Shown: positions 30,412-50,330 of the stretch, in pieces | How the letters are laid out: each line of letters starts with the position of its first letter | Position numbering within the stretch: the first letter of the stretch is position 1 | Source of the DNA: an uncultured Actinomycetes bacterium | Lineage (GTDB): Bacteria > Actinomycetota > Thermoleophilia > UBA2241 | NCBI GenBank assembly: GCA_963709345.1 | Contig: CAVPVX010000007.1 | Coordinates: forward strand, 640,001 to 704,000 | Reading direction: 5' to 3' | DNA: 64,000 nt | Made by a program: the position numbers and the translations under genes | Notes under the pieces: generated by a model | What the model was told of the DNA's origin: nothing | The model's input: only the letters and a program-made list of their open reading frames with translations | Databases searched by the model: none

Positions 30412-30720
30412 CTACAGCTTGATCTCGATGTGGACACCGGCCGGCAGATCGAGACGCATCAACTGGTCGACGGTCTTGGGCGTCGGCTGATGGATGTCGA
30501 TGAGCCGTTTGTGCGTGCGGATCTCGAAGTGCTCGCGGGAGTCCTTGTCCTTGAACGGGCTCTTGATCACGCAATACACGTTCTTCTCTGTCGGGAGCGG
30601 CACGGGACCAGAGATGGTCGCGCCACTGCGCTGCGCCGTTTCCACGATGGACTGCGCGCTGCGCTCGATCTGCTCCGGATCGTAAGACTTCAACCTTATG
30701 CGAATCTTCTGCTGAGCCAC
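30412..30720 (-). CDS. rpsJ: 30S ribosomal protein S10
   Basis: [24 protein letters not shown]; GTG start. Confidence 0.98.
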   Translation of the reverse strand: MAQQKIRIRLKSYDPEQIERSAQSIVETAQRSGATISGPVPLPTEKNVYCVIKSPFKDKDSREHFEIRTHKRLIDIHQPTPKTVDQLMRLDLPAGVHIEIKL

Positions 30721-30808
30721 TCTAGCCTTCTCTGTCCTGTTCACGTGGCCGGGCGTGTCGCGCACGCAGGCGTGCTGGGAGCACGCCCGACCCAATCTGA
30801 TCCTGTGC

Positions 30809-32014
30809 CTATTCGATGATCTTGGTGATAGCGCCGGCGCCCACAGTGCGGCCGCCTTCACGGATGGCGAAACGCAGACCCTCGTCCATGGCGATCGGCG
30901 TGATGAGTTTGACTTCCATCACCGTGTTGTCGCCCGGCATGACCATCTCGACACCCTCCTCGAGGGTGATGACGCCGGTCACGTCGGTCGTGCGGAAGTA
31001 GAACTGCGGACGATAGCCGTTGAAGAACGGCGTGTGGCGGCCGCCCTCGTCCTTGGAGAGGACGTACACCTGGGTCAGGAAGTGCGTGTGACCAGTGATG
31101 CTGCCGGGCTTGCAACAGACCATGCCGCGCTCGACCTCTTCGCGCTTGGTGCCGCGCAGCAGCACACCGACGTTGTCGCCGGCACGTCCCTCGTCGAGCA
31201 GCTTACGGAACATCTCGACGCCGGTGACTGTGGTCTTCATGGGCTTTTCGCGCATACCGACGATCTCGATCTCCTCGCCGACCTTGACGATGCCGCGCTC
31301 GACACGGCCGGTGGCGACGGTGCCGCGACCGGTGATCGTGAAGACGTCCTCGACAGGCATGAGGAACGGCTTGTCGACGTCGCGCTCGGGCTGGGGAAGA
31401 TACGAGTCCAGAGCGTCGGTGAGCTCCAGGATGCTCTTGCACCACTCGCAGTCTTCCTTGCCGCAGCCGCACTCGAGGGCCTTGAGGGCCGAGCCCTTGA
31501 TGACCGGCAGATCGTCGCCCGGGAACTCATACTCGCTGAGCAACTCGCGGACTTCCATCTCGACGAGTTCGATGAGCTCGGGGTCGTCGACCAGGTCGAC
31601 CTTGTTCATGTAGACGATGATGTTCGGCACGTTGACCTGATGCGCCAGGAGGATGTGCTCGCGGGTCTGCGGCATGGGGCCGTCGTCCGCGCCCACCACG
31701 AGGATCGCCGCATCCATCTGGGCGGCGCCGGTGATCATGTTCTTGATGTAGTCGGCGTGGCCCGGGCAGTCGACGTGAGCGTAGTGGCGCTTCTCGGTCT
31801 CGTACTCGACGTGCGCGGTAGCGATGGTGATGCCGCGCTCGCGCTCTTCCGGCGCCTTGTCGATCATGTCGAACGCGGTGAACTCCGTGTTGCCACCGCG
31901 GTTGTGCAGCACGAGCGTGATCGCAGCGGTGAGTGTGGTCTTGCCATGGTCGACGTGACCGATGGTGCCCACGTTCATATGGGGCTTGCTGCGGTCAAAC
32001 TTCTGCTTGGCCAT
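30809..32014 (-). CDS. tuf: Elongation factor Tu
   Basis: [21 protein letters not shown]. Confidence 0.99.
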   Translation of the reverse strand: MAKQKFDRSKPHMNVGTIGHVDHGKTTLTAAITLVLHNRGGNTEFTAFDMIDKAPEERERGITIATAHVEYETEKRHYAHVDCPGHADYIKNMITGAAQMDAAILVVGADDGPMPQTREHILLAHQVNVPNIIVYMNKVDLVDDPELIELVEMEVRELLSEYEFPGDDLPVIKGSALKALECGCGKEDCEWCKSILELTDALDSYLPQPERDVDKPFLMPVEDVFTITGRGTVATGRVERGIVKVGEEIEIVGMREKPMKTTVTGVEMFRKLLDEGRAGDNVGVLLRGTKREEVERGMVCCKPGSITGHTHFLTQVYVLSKDEGGRHTPFFNGYRPQFYFRTTDVTGVITLEEGVEMVMPGDNTVMEVKLITPIAMDEGLRFAIREGGRTVGAGAITKIIE

Positions 32015-32095
32015 GTCTGCTACTCCTTTTCCCGAAACCCGGAGGTTGAGGTCACACAAAAAGCGGTACGGCAGCCTGCCGCACCAAAGGTCGGC

Positions 32096-32125
32096 AGTAT
32101 ACACGACGCCGGCATGCTTGGGCAA
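32096..32125 (-). promoter_or_regulatory. Internal sigma70-like promoter for tuf (TTGCCC-N18-TATACT)
   Basis: Consensus match in the fusA-tuf spacer. Confidence 0.55.
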
Positions 32126-32150
32126 ACACCCCGGGGTTCACACCGGGTCA

Positions 32151-34223
<2,073 letters not shown>

Positions 34224-34290
34224 GCCTCTTCCGTGTTCCTTCCATGCGAAAGCCCCTCACCGACGAAGGTCAGTGAGGGGCCTCCGGGGA

Positions 34291-34761
34291 TTACCAGCGG
34301 TAGTGTGCGAACGCCTTGTTTGCCTGTGCCATGCGGAAGATGTCGTCCTTCTTCTTGAAGGCGCCGCCCTGACCGGCCAGCGCATCGAGCATCTCACCGG
34401 CCAGGCGCTCAGCCATGACCTTCTCGCGCCGGTCGCGGGAGAACGTGACCAGCCAGCGGATAGCCAGGGTGCGGGCGCGCCGCCCGGGCACCTCGACCGG
34501 CACCTGGTAGGTCGCGCCGCCGACCCGGCGGCTGCGCACCTCGAGGTGCGGCGTGAGCGCCTGGATGGAATCCTGCAGCACCTCGACGGGGTCGCGCCCC
34601 GTCTTCTCGCGGACGATCTCGAGGGCGCCGTAGACGATCTGCTCGGCGGTGCTCTTCTTGCCGCCGAGCAGGACCTTGTTGATGACCTGCGTGACGAGCT
34701 TGCTGTTGTAGACGGGGTCCGGGAGCACTTCCCGGCGCGTGATGGTACCTCTGCGCGGCAT
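34291..34761 (-). CDS. rpsG: 30S ribosomal protein S7
   Basis: [21 protein letters not shown]. Confidence 0.98.
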   Translation of the reverse strand: MPRRGTITRREVLPDPVYNSKLVTQVINKVLLGGKKSTAEQIVYGALEIVREKTGRDPVEVLQDSIQALTPHLEVRSRRVGGATYQVPVEVPGRRARTLAIRWLVTFSRDRREKVMAERLAGEMLDALAGQGGAFKKKDDIFRMAQANKAFAHYRW

Positions 34762-34769
34762 GGTCTACC

Positions 34770-35141
34770 TCACCCCTTCGCCTTGGACCCGTAACGCGAG
34801 CGGGCCTGCTTGCGGTCGGCAACGCCCGAGGCGTCGAGCGACCCGCGGATGACCTTGTAGCGCACGCCCGGAAGGTCCTTGACCCGGCCGCCACGCACGA
34901 GCACCACGGAGTGCTCCTGCAGATTGTGGCCGATGCCGGGGATGTAGGTGGTGACCTCCATGCCGTTCACGAGCCTGACGCGGGCGACCTTGCGCAGGGC
35001 GGAGTTCGGCTTCTTGGGAGTAACGGTGTACACGCGCGTGCAGACACCGCGCTTCTGGGGCGAACCCTTGAGCGCGGGGGTCTTGGAGCGCTTCGACTTG
35101 CTCTCACGCCCTTTGCGGACGAGCTGGCTGATGGTTGTCAT
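34770..35141 (-). CDS. rpsL: 30S ribosomal protein S12
   Basis: [18 protein letters not shown]. Confidence 0.98.
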   Translation of the reverse strand: MTTISQLVRKGRESKSKRSKTPALKGSPQKRGVCTRVYTVTPKKPNSALRKVARVRLVNGMEVTTYIPGIGHNLQEHSVVLVRGGRVKDLPGVRYKVIRGSLDASGVADRKQARSRYGSKAKG

Positions 35142-35189
35142 CTGACCTCTCTGGTTACTCTGGCCTGCCGCTGAGGACAGCGGCCACGT

Positions 35190-35218
35190 AGTCTAACGAA
35201 ACGAGGCTGCGGCCGCAA
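35190..35218 (-). promoter_or_regulatory. Sigma70-like promoter for the str operon (TTGCGG-N17-TAGACT)
   Basis: Consensus match; overlaps an imperfect hairpin (about 35204-35243) downstream of rpoC. Confidence 0.55.
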
Positions 35219-35270
35219 CATGTGATGCTCGCGACCGCAGCCTTGCAGTCTCCTGGTGACGGTCCGGCTG

Positions 35271-39518
<4,248 letters not shown>

Positions 39519-39543
39519 TGTCGCTCCCTCTGCCTTGGCGGGG

Positions 39544-43290
<3,747 letters not shown>

Positions 43291-43382
43291 GCGAGTCTCC
43301 TCTGTCTACGCGGTGACCAGGGAAAAAGAGCACACCACACCAGAGGAAGTTCGGTATGGCCGCAGATAGCGCACGACCGAAA

Positions 43383-43411
43383 AAGTTACCACAACGCAAG
43401 ACGCGATGCAA
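43383..43411 (-). promoter_or_regulatory. rpoB promoter (TTGCAT-N17-TAACTT, extended -10 TGG)
   Basis: Consensus match downstream of the rplL terminator. Confidence 0.55.
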
Positions 43412-43494
43412 GAGCGAGGTTCGCGGCTCGTGTCTGTCACCCCCGAGCCTTCCTGCGGCCGCTCGGCACGAACGACGGATGACGACACCAGGTC

Positions 43495-43538
43495 GCAAAG
43501 AAGGAGGGCCGGGGCGCCTGACGGCGCCCCGGCCCTCC
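43495..43538 (-). terminator. Intrinsic terminator after rplL
   Basis: 16-bp stem GGAGGGCCGGGGCGCC / GGCGCCCCGGCCCTCC followed by TTCTTTG. Confidence 0.85.
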
Positions 43539-43563
43539 GGGTCTTCACGCAGGAGAAAACGCT

Positions 43564-43953
43564 CTACTTGATCTCGACGCTCGCGCCGGCGTCCTCGAGC
43601 TGCTTCTTCGCGTCCTCGGCCTCGTCCTTGGTGACGCCCTCTTTGATCGCCTTCGGGGCACCTTCGACGACGTCCTTGGCCTCCTTGAGGCCCAGGCCGG
43701 TCAGAGCACGCACGACCTTGATGACCTGGATCTTCTGGTCGCCGAAGGCGGTGAGCACGACATCGAACTGGGTCTGCTCCTCGACCGGAGCGGCCTCGGC
43801 GCCGGCGGCGGGAGCCGCGGCGACGGCGACGGGCGCGGCGGCGCTGACGCCGAACTCTTCCTCGAGCGCCTTCACCATCTCGCTGAGCTCGAGCACGGTC
43901 ATGCCCTTGATGGCCTCGATGAGCTGGTCCTTGGTAAGTGTCTTGTCTGCCAT
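43564..43953 (-). CDS. rplL: 50S ribosomal protein L7/L12
   Basis: [27 protein letters not shown]. Confidence 0.98.
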   Translation of the reverse strand: MADKTLTKDQLIEAIKGMTVLELSEMVKALEEEFGVSAAAPVAVAAAPAAGAEAAPVEEQTQFDVVLTAFGDQKIQVIKVVRALTGLGLKEAKDVVEGAPKAIKEGVTKDEAEDAKKQLEDAGASVEIK

Positions 43954-44013
43954 TGTCAATTCACCTCACGTGGGGCTTGAAAGCCTTGCTGGACAGGATG
44001 GAGCGGCGAAGGC

Positions 44014-44544
44014 TCAAGCCTCGCCGGCGGCGGCCCTCTGCTCGGCCACCTGATTGAGAGCACGCACGAAGCCGCTGACCGTGCCCTGGAGCACGGTGAC
44101 CAGACCCGTCATCGGCGCGGCCATGGTACCGACCACCTGGGCGATGAGGACATCGCGCGTCGGGAGGCTGGCCAGCATCTTGACGCCGTCCGGGTCGATC
44201 AGGCTCGTGGCGAGCAGTCCGCCGCGCACCTCAAGCTGCGGGTGCTTCTTGGCGAAATCGGCGAGCGCCTTCGCGGCGCCGACCAAGTCGTCGCCACAGA
44301 AGGTGACCGCGGTGGGGCCGCTCAGCAGTTCCTTGATCGTCTCACGACCCGACTTGTCGGCGGCGATGCCACCGAGGGTGTTCTTCACGACCTTGAGGGT
44401 CGCGCCGCTCTCGCGGAGCTTGCCGCGGAGCTCGGCGAGCTCCGCCACCGTGAGCCCGCGGTAGTCGCTGACGAACAGGTTCTCGGTGTCCGTCAGCAGC
44501 TGCGCCACGTCGGCGATCACAGCGTCTTTCTCGTTTCTCAGCAT
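44014..44544 (-). CDS. rplJ: 50S ribosomal protein L10
   Basis: DYRGLTV, VVKNTL, LASLP. Confidence 0.97.
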   Translation of the reverse strand: MLRNEKDAVIADVAQLLTDTENLFVSDYRGLTVAELAELRGKLRESGATLKVVKNTLGGIAADKSGRETIKELLSGPTAVTFCGDDLVGAAKALADFAKKHPQLEVRGGLLATSLIDPDGVKMLASLPTRDVLIAQVVGTMAAPMTGLVTVLQGTVSGFVRALNQVAEQRAAAGEA

Positions 44545-44565
44545 CTCGACCTCACAGTCGCAAGC

Positions 44566-44700
44566 AAAAAACCCGCTCCCCGAAGCGGGAAGCGGGCGCG
44601 GGCGCGAACACCGGCTCGTCTCGCCTCGGGTGGCGGACCCGTGTGGATCCATTCTGCTCCCGGAGGAGCACCGACCTTCATCGGCCGCGGCGCGCGAAGC
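44566..44700 (-). promoter_or_regulatory. Probable L10 leader with attenuator/terminator
   Basis: Long 5' UTR ending in a CCCGCT..AGCGGG hairpin plus TTTTTT just before the rplJ SD; position typical of L10 leaders. Confidence 0.7.
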
Positions 44701-44713
44701 ACCGCGAAGCGGC

Positions 44714-44742
44714 AGTATAGAGCAGCAAAGGGGCGCCGGCAA
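44714..44742 (-). promoter_or_regulatory. rplJ promoter (TTGCCG-N17-TATACT)
   Basis: Near-consensus sigma70 elements with 17-nt spacing. Confidence 0.7.
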
Positions 44743-44773
44743 CTGCCGCCGTCGCCGGCGCCCCCGAGTGGCC

Positions 44774-45481
44774 TCAGCTCTCCATGAGGTCGCGCACGCG
44801 CGCCGGGTCCAGCTCGATACCGGGACTCATCGTCGCGGCGATGCTGACGCTCTTGATGTACTTGCCCTTGGCGGAGGCCGGCTTGGCGCGGACGATCTCG
44901 TCCAGAACGGCGCCGTAGTTCTCGACCAGCATCTCCTCGGTGAAGGACTTCTTGCCGATACTCAGATGGATGATGCCGGAGCGGTCGGTCCGGTACTCGA
45001 CCTTGCCGCCCTTGGCGTCGGCGACCGCCTTGCCGACGTCGAAGGTGACCGTGCCGGACTTGGGATTCGGCATGAGGCCGCGCGGGCCGAGGATGCGGCC
45101 GAGCTTGCCGACCGTGCCCATCATGTCGGGCGCGGCGATGGCGATGTCGAAGTCGAAGACGCCCGCCTGGATCTGCTTGGCGAGGTCGTCGCTGCCGACG
45201 ATGTCGGCCCCGGCCTCCTGCGCCTCGCGCGCCTTGTCGCCCTCGGCGAAGACGGCGACGCGCATCTCCTTGCCGGTGCCGTGCGGGAGCACGGTCGTGC
45301 CGCGCACGATCTGGTCGGCGTGGCGCACGTCGACGCCGAGACGGAAGTGGACCTCGACGGTCTCGTCGAACTTGGCGCCCTCGAGCGTCTTGAGCAGGCG
45401 CACACCCTCGAGCGGCGAGTATAGACGGCCGGGCTCGATGGTACGCTGGGAAGCGGTGTATTTGCGGCCATGCTTGGCCAT
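44774..45481 (-). CDS. rplA: 50S ribosomal protein L1
   Basis: [26 protein letters not shown]. Confidence 0.98.
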   Translation of the reverse strand: MAKHGRKYTASQRTIEPGRLYSPLEGVRLLKTLEGAKFDETVEVHFRLGVDVRHADQIVRGTTVLPHGTGKEMRVAVFAEGDKAREAQEAGADIVGSDDLAKQIQAGVFDFDIAIAAPDMMGTVGKLGRILGPRGLMPNPKSGTVTFDVGKAVADAKGGKVEYRTDRSGIIHLSIGKKSFTEEMLVENYGAVLDEIVRAKPASAKGKYIKSVSIAATMSPGIELDPARVRDLMES

Positions 45482-45495
45482 TCGCGCTACCTCCT

Positions 45496-45527
45496 GTGGT
45501 ACAAGCGGCGACCTGGTCGCCTCCCAC
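45496..45527 (-). promoter_or_regulatory. L1-binding autoregulatory RNA site upstream of rplA
   Basis: GTGGGAG-GCGACCAGGTCGCC-GCTTGT-ACCAC forms the L1-type stem with internal loop, next to the AGGAGG SD. Confidence 0.7.
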
Positions 45528-45623
45528 GTCGGCGGCCGGGCGGCGGAGCCTCCCCGGCCTTCAGGCTGACGGACTACCGGCACGCCGCCCGCGGCGGTCG
45601 CGACGATAGGTGGACTGCTTCTC

Positions 45624-46049
45624 TTAGCCTTCGACCTCGATGCCCATGTTGCGGGCGGTGCCCTCGATGATCTTCATCGCAGCGTCGATGTCGTTGGCGT
45701 TGAGGTCGGGCATCTTGGTCTCGGCGATGGTGCGCACCTGCTCGCGCGTCACGGTGCCGACCTTGATCCGGTTGGGCTCGCCCGAGCCCTTGTCGATGCC
45801 GAGGGCCTCGCGCAGCAGCACGGCGGCCGGCGGCGTCTTGGTGATGAAGGTGAACGTGCGGTCTTCGAACACGGTGATCTCGACCGGCACGATGGTGCTG
45901 CCCGACGCCTGCGTCTGGGCGTTGAACGACTTGCAGAACTCCATGATGTTGACGCCGTGCTGGCCGAGCGCCGGGCCTACGGGCGGCGCGGGGCTGGCGG
46001 CGCCGGCGGGGATCTGCAACTTGATCTTGGTGAGGACCTTCTTGGCCAC
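45624..46049 (-). CDS. rplK: 50S ribosomal protein L11
   Basis: [21 protein letters not shown]. Confidence 0.98.
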   Translation of the reverse strand: MAKKVLTKIKLQIPAGAASPAPPVGPALGQHGVNIMEFCKSFNAQTQASGSTIVPVEITVFEDRTFTFITKTPPAAVLLREALGIDKGSGEPNRIKVGTVTREQVRTIAETKMPDLNANDIDAAMKIIEGTARNMGIEVEG

Positions 46050-46072
46050 TGCTTGCCTCGCTTACTTCCTGG

Positions 46073-46597
46073 TTAGGACGTCTTCTTGACCTGGTCGAAG
46101 GCGAGCTCGACCGGGGTCTCCCGGCCGAAGATCGACACCATGACCTTGAGCCGGCTCTGGTCGAGGTTGACCTCGACGACTTCGCCGGAGAAATCGCTGA
46201 GCGGGCCGGAGGTGACGCGCACGTCTTCGCCGACGCTGAACTCGGCTTTCTGCTTGGGGCGCTCGACCGAAGCCGTGTGCATGATGCGGTCGACCTCGGC
46301 GCGCGAGAGCGCGACGGGCTTGTTCTGGGCGCCGACGAAGCCGGTGACGCCCGGTGTGTTCTTGACCAGCGACCACGTGTCGTCGGTGAGCTCCATCTGC
46401 ACGAGCACGTAGCCGGGGAACACGCGGCGTTCGCTCGTGACCTTCTCGCCGTCTTTGGTCTCGACGATCTGCTCGGTGGGCACGACGATCTGGTGGATGC
46501 GCTCCTCCTGGTTCATCGATTGACGACGATGTTCCAGGTTGGCCTTGACCTTGTTCTCGTGACCCGAATAGGTGTTGACGACGTACCAGCTGTACAC
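46073..46597 (-). CDS. nusG: Transcription elongation factor NusG
   Basis: WYVVNTYSGHE, FPGYVLV, IFGRETPVEL. Confidence 0.98.
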   Translation of the reverse strand: MYSWYVVNTYSGHENKVKANLEHRRQSMNQEERIHQIVVPTEQIVETKDGEKVTSERRVFPGYVLVQMELTDDTWSLVKNTPGVTGFVGAQNKPVALSRAEVDRIMHTASVERPKQKAEFSVGEDVRVTSGPLSDFSGEVVEVNLDQSRLKVMVSIFGRETPVELAFDQVKKTS

Positions 46598-46610
46598 GTG
46601 TGGGCCCCGA

Positions 46611-46985
46611 TCAGGTAAGAACGTTGACGACCGTGTTGACGATTCTGGAGAAGACGAAGTCGAGCACGCCCGTATAGGCGGTGGCGATGGCGACGGCGAC
46701 GAGCACGACGACGGTGGACTGCAGGAGGTCCTTGCGCGTGGGCCAGGTGACCTTGCCCAGCTCGATGCGGACGTCGCGCAGGAACTTCATGAGACCCTTC
46801 TTCTCGGCGGGCCGTGACGACCGCGCCGGGGCCTTCTGCTTCTGCTGCGACTGCTTCTGCTGCGACTTGCCGCGCGCGGGCTTGGCGTCGGCGCGCTTGG
46901 CCACGGACTTCTTGCCCTGGGCCTGCTTGCCGGTGGGCTTGCCCTTGCCGGATCCACTCTTGCTGTTGCCTGCAGACTTCGCCAC
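46611..46985 (-). CDS. secE: Preprotein translocase SecE with basic N-terminal extension
   Basis: ELGKVTWPTR followed by one TM helix; lies between tRNA-Trp and nusG. Confidence 0.95.
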   Translation of the reverse strand: MAKSAGNSKSGSGKGKPTGKQAQGKKSVAKRADAKPARGKSQQKQSQQKQKAPARSSRPAEKKGLMKFLRDVRIELGKVTWPTRKDLLQSTVVVLVAVAIATAYTGVLDFVFSRIVNTVVNVLT

Positions 46986-47005
46986 TCAACCGCTCCGATG
47001 GTCAT

Positions 47006-47081
47006 TGGCAGGGCTGGAGGGGCTCGAACCCCCGACCCCCGGTTTTGGAGACCGGTGCTCTACCAATTGAGCTACAGCCCT
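47006..47081 (-). tRNA. trnW: tRNA-Trp (CCA), 3' CCA encoded
   Basis: AGGGCTGTAGCTCAATTGGTAGAGCACCGGTCTCCAAAACCGGGGGTCGGGGGTTCGAGCCCCTCCAGCCCTGCCA folds as a cloverleaf. Confidence 0.98.
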
Positions 47082-47102
47082 AAAGAGGCGCACGGTAGAC
47101 GC

Positions 47103-47252
47103 TTAGCGCGTCTCCTTGTGCGCAGTGTGCGTCCCGCACCAGCGACAGTACTTCTTGAGCTCGATGCGGTCCGGGTCGTTCTTCTTGTTCTTGTTCGTAT
47201 GGTAGTTGCGACGCTTGCATTCCTGGCAAGCGAGCGTGACGAGTTGACGCAC
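47103..47252 (-). CDS. rpmG: 50S ribosomal protein L33 (zinc-binding form; below the ORF-track cutoff)
   Basis: Translated by hand: [49 protein letters not shown]. Confidence 0.97.
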   Translation of the reverse strand: MRQLVTLACQECKRRNYHTNKNKKNDPDRIELKKYCRWCGTHTAHKETR

Positions 47253-47281
47253 GTCGTCATCCTTTCAAGCTGGAGCACGTA

Positions 47282-47397
47282 AGGATACCAAGCACCACGC
47301 GGGAGGGTCAACGCGCCTCCCGGCGGCCCCTGAGCGCGGGCGTCAGCCCGAGCCGTCCACGGCGGCGCAGTATAGCAGGCCGGGAGGTACCGGGCAA
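47282..47397 (-). promoter_or_regulatory. Tandem sigma70 promoters for the rpmG-secE-nusG operon
   Basis: TTGCCC-N17-TATACT (47397-47369) and TTGACC-N18-TATCCT (47311-47282), both with extended -10 TG. Confidence 0.65.
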
Positions 47398-47642
47398 AAC
47401 CGCGCTGTTCCGGCAACGCTCCGTGGCTTCGCCGGCCGGGTCCCGGGGCAAGGCGAACCGGGGAGGATCACTTCTCCGCCGTCGCTCGGGTATGCTGTGC
47501 GACCGGCAGCCGGCTGGCGATCGCCGCCGCAGCGGCCGATACTCTGCGCAGACAGGCGAGAGGAGCGAGCATCGACGAGCGGTGGCCGGCCGGCGACGCG
47601 GCGCCGGACGAGAGAGCGCCCCAGGAGCGCGGCGGGACCGGC

Positions 47643-48536
47643 GTGCCGGTCGCCGGCAGACGCGTGCCGCCGCCGGTCGTGCCGGGGCTCGGCGGTGCGG
47701 AGACGGCGCCGGCGGAGCGTGCCTGGACGGCCGCAGCAGTGCCGCCCGCGCCCCGGCCCGGGGAGCGGCCGGCAGTGGAGTCGCCCGGCGCGCTGCCGGC
47801 GGCGCCGCCGCTCGGAGCTCCGAGCGGCGACCGGCCGCGGGCGGCCGACCCGTTCCACGAGCCGGCGGCCGACTGGCGCTGGGGCCGAGCCCTCGCCGGT
47901 CTGGCCGTGGCTACGGCGCCGGAGGCGCTCCTGTACACGGCCGCACTGCTCGCCGGCGCCTCGACGCAGGCAAGCGACGAGGTGACCGCCGGCAGCGCCG
48001 CCGCCCTGGCCGTCGGCTCGCTCATCCTGTACGGCTGGCAGACGCTGGCGGCGTGGCTCTTCTCGCTGCGCACCGCCGGGCGCCGGTTCGCCCTGTGGGG
48101 CTTCCGGCGCCCGACGCTCGCCTTCTTCTGGACCATCCCCCTCGCGCTCGCCGTCGTCTATGCCGTCAGCATCGTGCACGAGCTCATCGTGCAGCCGGAG
48201 CAGCAGGACATCATCAGCGAGTTCCCGCGGAGCACGCTGGGAGTCGGCCTGTTCATCCTGGTCGCGGTCGTCATGGCGCCGCTCTTCGAGGAGATCGTCT
48301 TTCGCGGCTTTCTCTTCCGTGGCTTCGCCAACTCGTGGGGATGGAAGTGGGGGGCGCTCGCGTCGGGCGCGGTGTTCGCGCTCGCGCATCTGCAGCTCGA
48401 TATCTTCGTGCCGCTGGCCGTCCTCGGCGTGGCGCTGGCCTGGGTGTACCGGCGCACCGGCTCGCTGTGGACCTGCATCGTCATGCACGCCCTGTTCAAC
48501 AGCATCGCCGTGGCCGCCTGGGCCTTCACGGGCTGA
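47643..48536 (+). CDS. CPBP/CAAX (Abi) family intramembrane metalloprotease
   Basis: PLFEEIVFRG, FALAH and HALFN motifs; several TM helices; start may be at 47571. Confidence 0.92.
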   Translation: MPVAGRRVPPPVVPGLGGAETAPAERAWTAAAVPPAPRPGERPAVESPGALPAAPPLGAPSGDRPRAADPFHEPAADWRWGRALAGLAVATAPEALLYTAALLAGASTQASDEVTAGSAAALAVGSLILYGWQTLAAWLFSLRTAGRRFALWGFRRPTLAFFWTIPLALAVVYAVSIVHELIVQPEQQDIISEFPRSTLGVGLFILVAVVMAPLFEEIVFRGFLFRGFANSWGWKWGALASGAVFALAHLQLDIFVPLAVLGVALAWVYRRTGSLWTCIVMHALFNSIAVAAWAFTG

Positions 48537-48601
48537 CGCCGCGACGGGACGACGCGACACGCAACGGCTCGGCGCGCCGGTCCGCGGTGGAGCGGCGGCC
48601 G

Positions 48602-49429
48602 TCAGCCCAGCAGCGTCGGCTTGCGCAGCTCGCGGCAGGAGCAGGCGTCGTCCGCCGGCAGCGCCGCCAGCGCCTCGAGCAGGATGCGACCCATCAGGCC
48701 GGCGTCTTCGTGGAAGATCTGCGCGAGCACGTCGTGCTCCCACTCCCGAACGACCCCTTCGCCGTAGTTGACGATGAGGTAGATGCCCGCGTAGCAGGCG
48801 CCGATGTCGCGAGCCAGCCAAACCTCGGGGCAGAAGCTCTGGCCGACCACGTCGCCGAGCGTCTGCAGAAAGCGGATCTCGGCCGGAGACTCGAAGCGCG
48901 GACCCTCCGTGACCACGTAGGTGCCGCGCGTGAACAGACGGCGCTCCGGGGCCAGGCGACGCGCCGCGCCGACCAGCGCCTCTCGTCCCGCGGCGCACAC
49001 CGCGTCGCGCATGATCAGCAGGTGGTCACCCGCGACGACCCCGTACCGGTCGCGGTCGGTGGTCATGTCGACGAAGTCGTCGACGACCACGAGGTCGCCG
49101 GGATCAAGCAGGTGGTCGAGACTGCCGACGCCGGCGTCCGAGAGGATGCGCCTGACGCCGGCGCGGTGCAGGACGCTGAAGACCTGGCGCGAGGCGCGCC
49201 CCCGCGAGACGCCTTTGCGCCAACCGTGCATGCGCACGTGCAACGCGCGCTGCCCGCCGAGCTCGAAGAGGGCGAACGGCGGGCTGTCCCCCCATGGCGT
49301 GTCGAAGACGAGGTCGCGCTCGAGCACCCGGGCGCCGGCGCGCCCGGGCGTGAGGATGTCGGCGGCGAAGGTTCCGGAGCCGCCGATCAGAGCACGGGTT
49401 GCGGCCGGGACGGCGCCGGGCGCGCTCAC
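48602..49429 (-). CDS. MTAP-family purine nucleoside phosphorylase
   Basis: IGGSG, TPWG, VGSL, DDFVDMT, EGPRFESPAE, PEVWLARD. Confidence 0.9.
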   Translation of the reverse strand: MSAPGAVPAATRALIGGSGTFAADILTPGRAGARVLERDLVFDTPWGDSPPFALFELGGQRALHVRMHGWRKGVSRGRASRQVFSVLHRAGVRRILSDAGVGSLDHLLDPGDLVVVDDFVDMTTDRDRYGVVAGDHLLIMRDAVCAAGREALVGAARRLAPERRLFTRGTYVVTEGPRFESPAEIRFLQTLGDVVGQSFCPEVWLARDIGACYAGIYLIVNYGEGVVREWEHDVLAQIFHEDAGLMGRILLEALAALPADDACSCRELRKPTLLG

Positions 49430-50208
49430 AGGCCCGCCAGTTCGGGTGTGACACGCAGCAGAACGAACTGCACGTGATCACCGTTGTCCGAGGTGTACTG
49501 GCTGAGCGCCTGATCGAGCCCCGCCGGGAAGCCGCGGACCGCCCCGAGCACAGTCGTCCCGCGCTTCACGATCTGCCCGATCTCGACCTTGGGCTTCTGG
49601 ATGTGGGTGATCACGAGGAGCAGCGACGGGTCGCTCGCGAGACGGATGTCGATCTGCGTGTCGGCGTAGCGCCCCAGGATGCTGTACTCCTTGATCGCCG
49701 TGACCTTGCCGTCGACGGGAGATGCCACCGGTGAGCCGGGAACGGCGCCGACATCGAGTCCCGCGGTCGAGGAGGACGCGTCGTCGTCGCCGTCCATGAG
49801 GAAGTACTGCATCCCGCCGCCGGCGGCGAAGATGTCGGCGAGACGCTGCCGCAGGCCGCCGCCGCCCATCCGCTCCCCGACCGGGGAGAACGCCACCGTG
49901 TCGGGAGTGTCGACGGGGTGGAAGGCGACGGCCGTGGTCACTTCGCGCGCGACCGGGAGCAGGATGTCGATGCTGTCGACCCGCGCGACTACGACGGCCT
50001 CGTCGGGGTCGGCACTGCGACCGAACGTCGGTACGGCGGCGCCGGCGGGCACGCGGGCCGGCGTCTGGCCGGGAATGGCGTACGCGACCCATATCGCAAG
50101 CAAGATGAGGGTCACGAGAACGACCAGCGCGACCACACGCCGGCGGCGAATCTGGTTGCGCCGGCGAACGTGGTGCCGCCGACGCTGATTGGCCGGGCTT
50201 GTGTGCAT
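49426..50208 (-). CDS. Membrane-anchored M23/LytM-fold protein with apparently degenerate Zn ligands
   Basis: Poly-Arg then TM helix; GLDVGAVPGSPVASPVDGKV, VEIGQIVKRG, DHVQF. Confidence 0.75.
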   Translation of the reverse strand: MHTSPANQRRRHHVRRRNQIRRRRVVALVVLVTLILLAIWVAYAIPGQTPARVPAGAAVPTFGRSADPDEAVVVARVDSIDILLPVAREVTTAVAFHPVDTPDTVAFSPVGERMGGGGLRQRLADIFAAGGGMQYFLMDGDDDASSSTAGLDVGAVPGSPVASPVDGKVTAIKEYSILGRYADTQIDIRLASDPSLLLVITHIQKPKVEIGQIVKRGTTVLGAVRGFPAGLDQALSQYTSDNGDHVQFVLLRVTPELAGL

Positions 50209-50330
50209 ATCGGGCTTCAAGCTACAACGGCGGCCCGCCGGCCGCAAGCCGTCGTGGCCGCGCCGCTGCGCTCAGCCTCGCGATAGCCTCCGGTTCTGGT
50301 CAAGCCGCGACATGCCGATGCGATAGTCGT

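Noticed and set aside
30750-30789. Hairpin between tuf and rpsJ (also 34252-34281 between rpsG and fusA) as novel ncRNA
   Set aside because: Short intergenic stems, consistent with ordinary mRNA stability or processing elements; no other support
47006-47081. tRNA-Trp as an integration site
   Set aside because: Normal rpmG-trnW-secE context; no integrase or duplicated tRNA 3' end seen
47343-49477. ORFs 47423..49477 (+, 684 aa) and 47343..48998 (-, 551 aa)
   Set aside because: Arg/Ala/Gly-rich alternative frames overlapping the well-supported CPBP and MTAP genes
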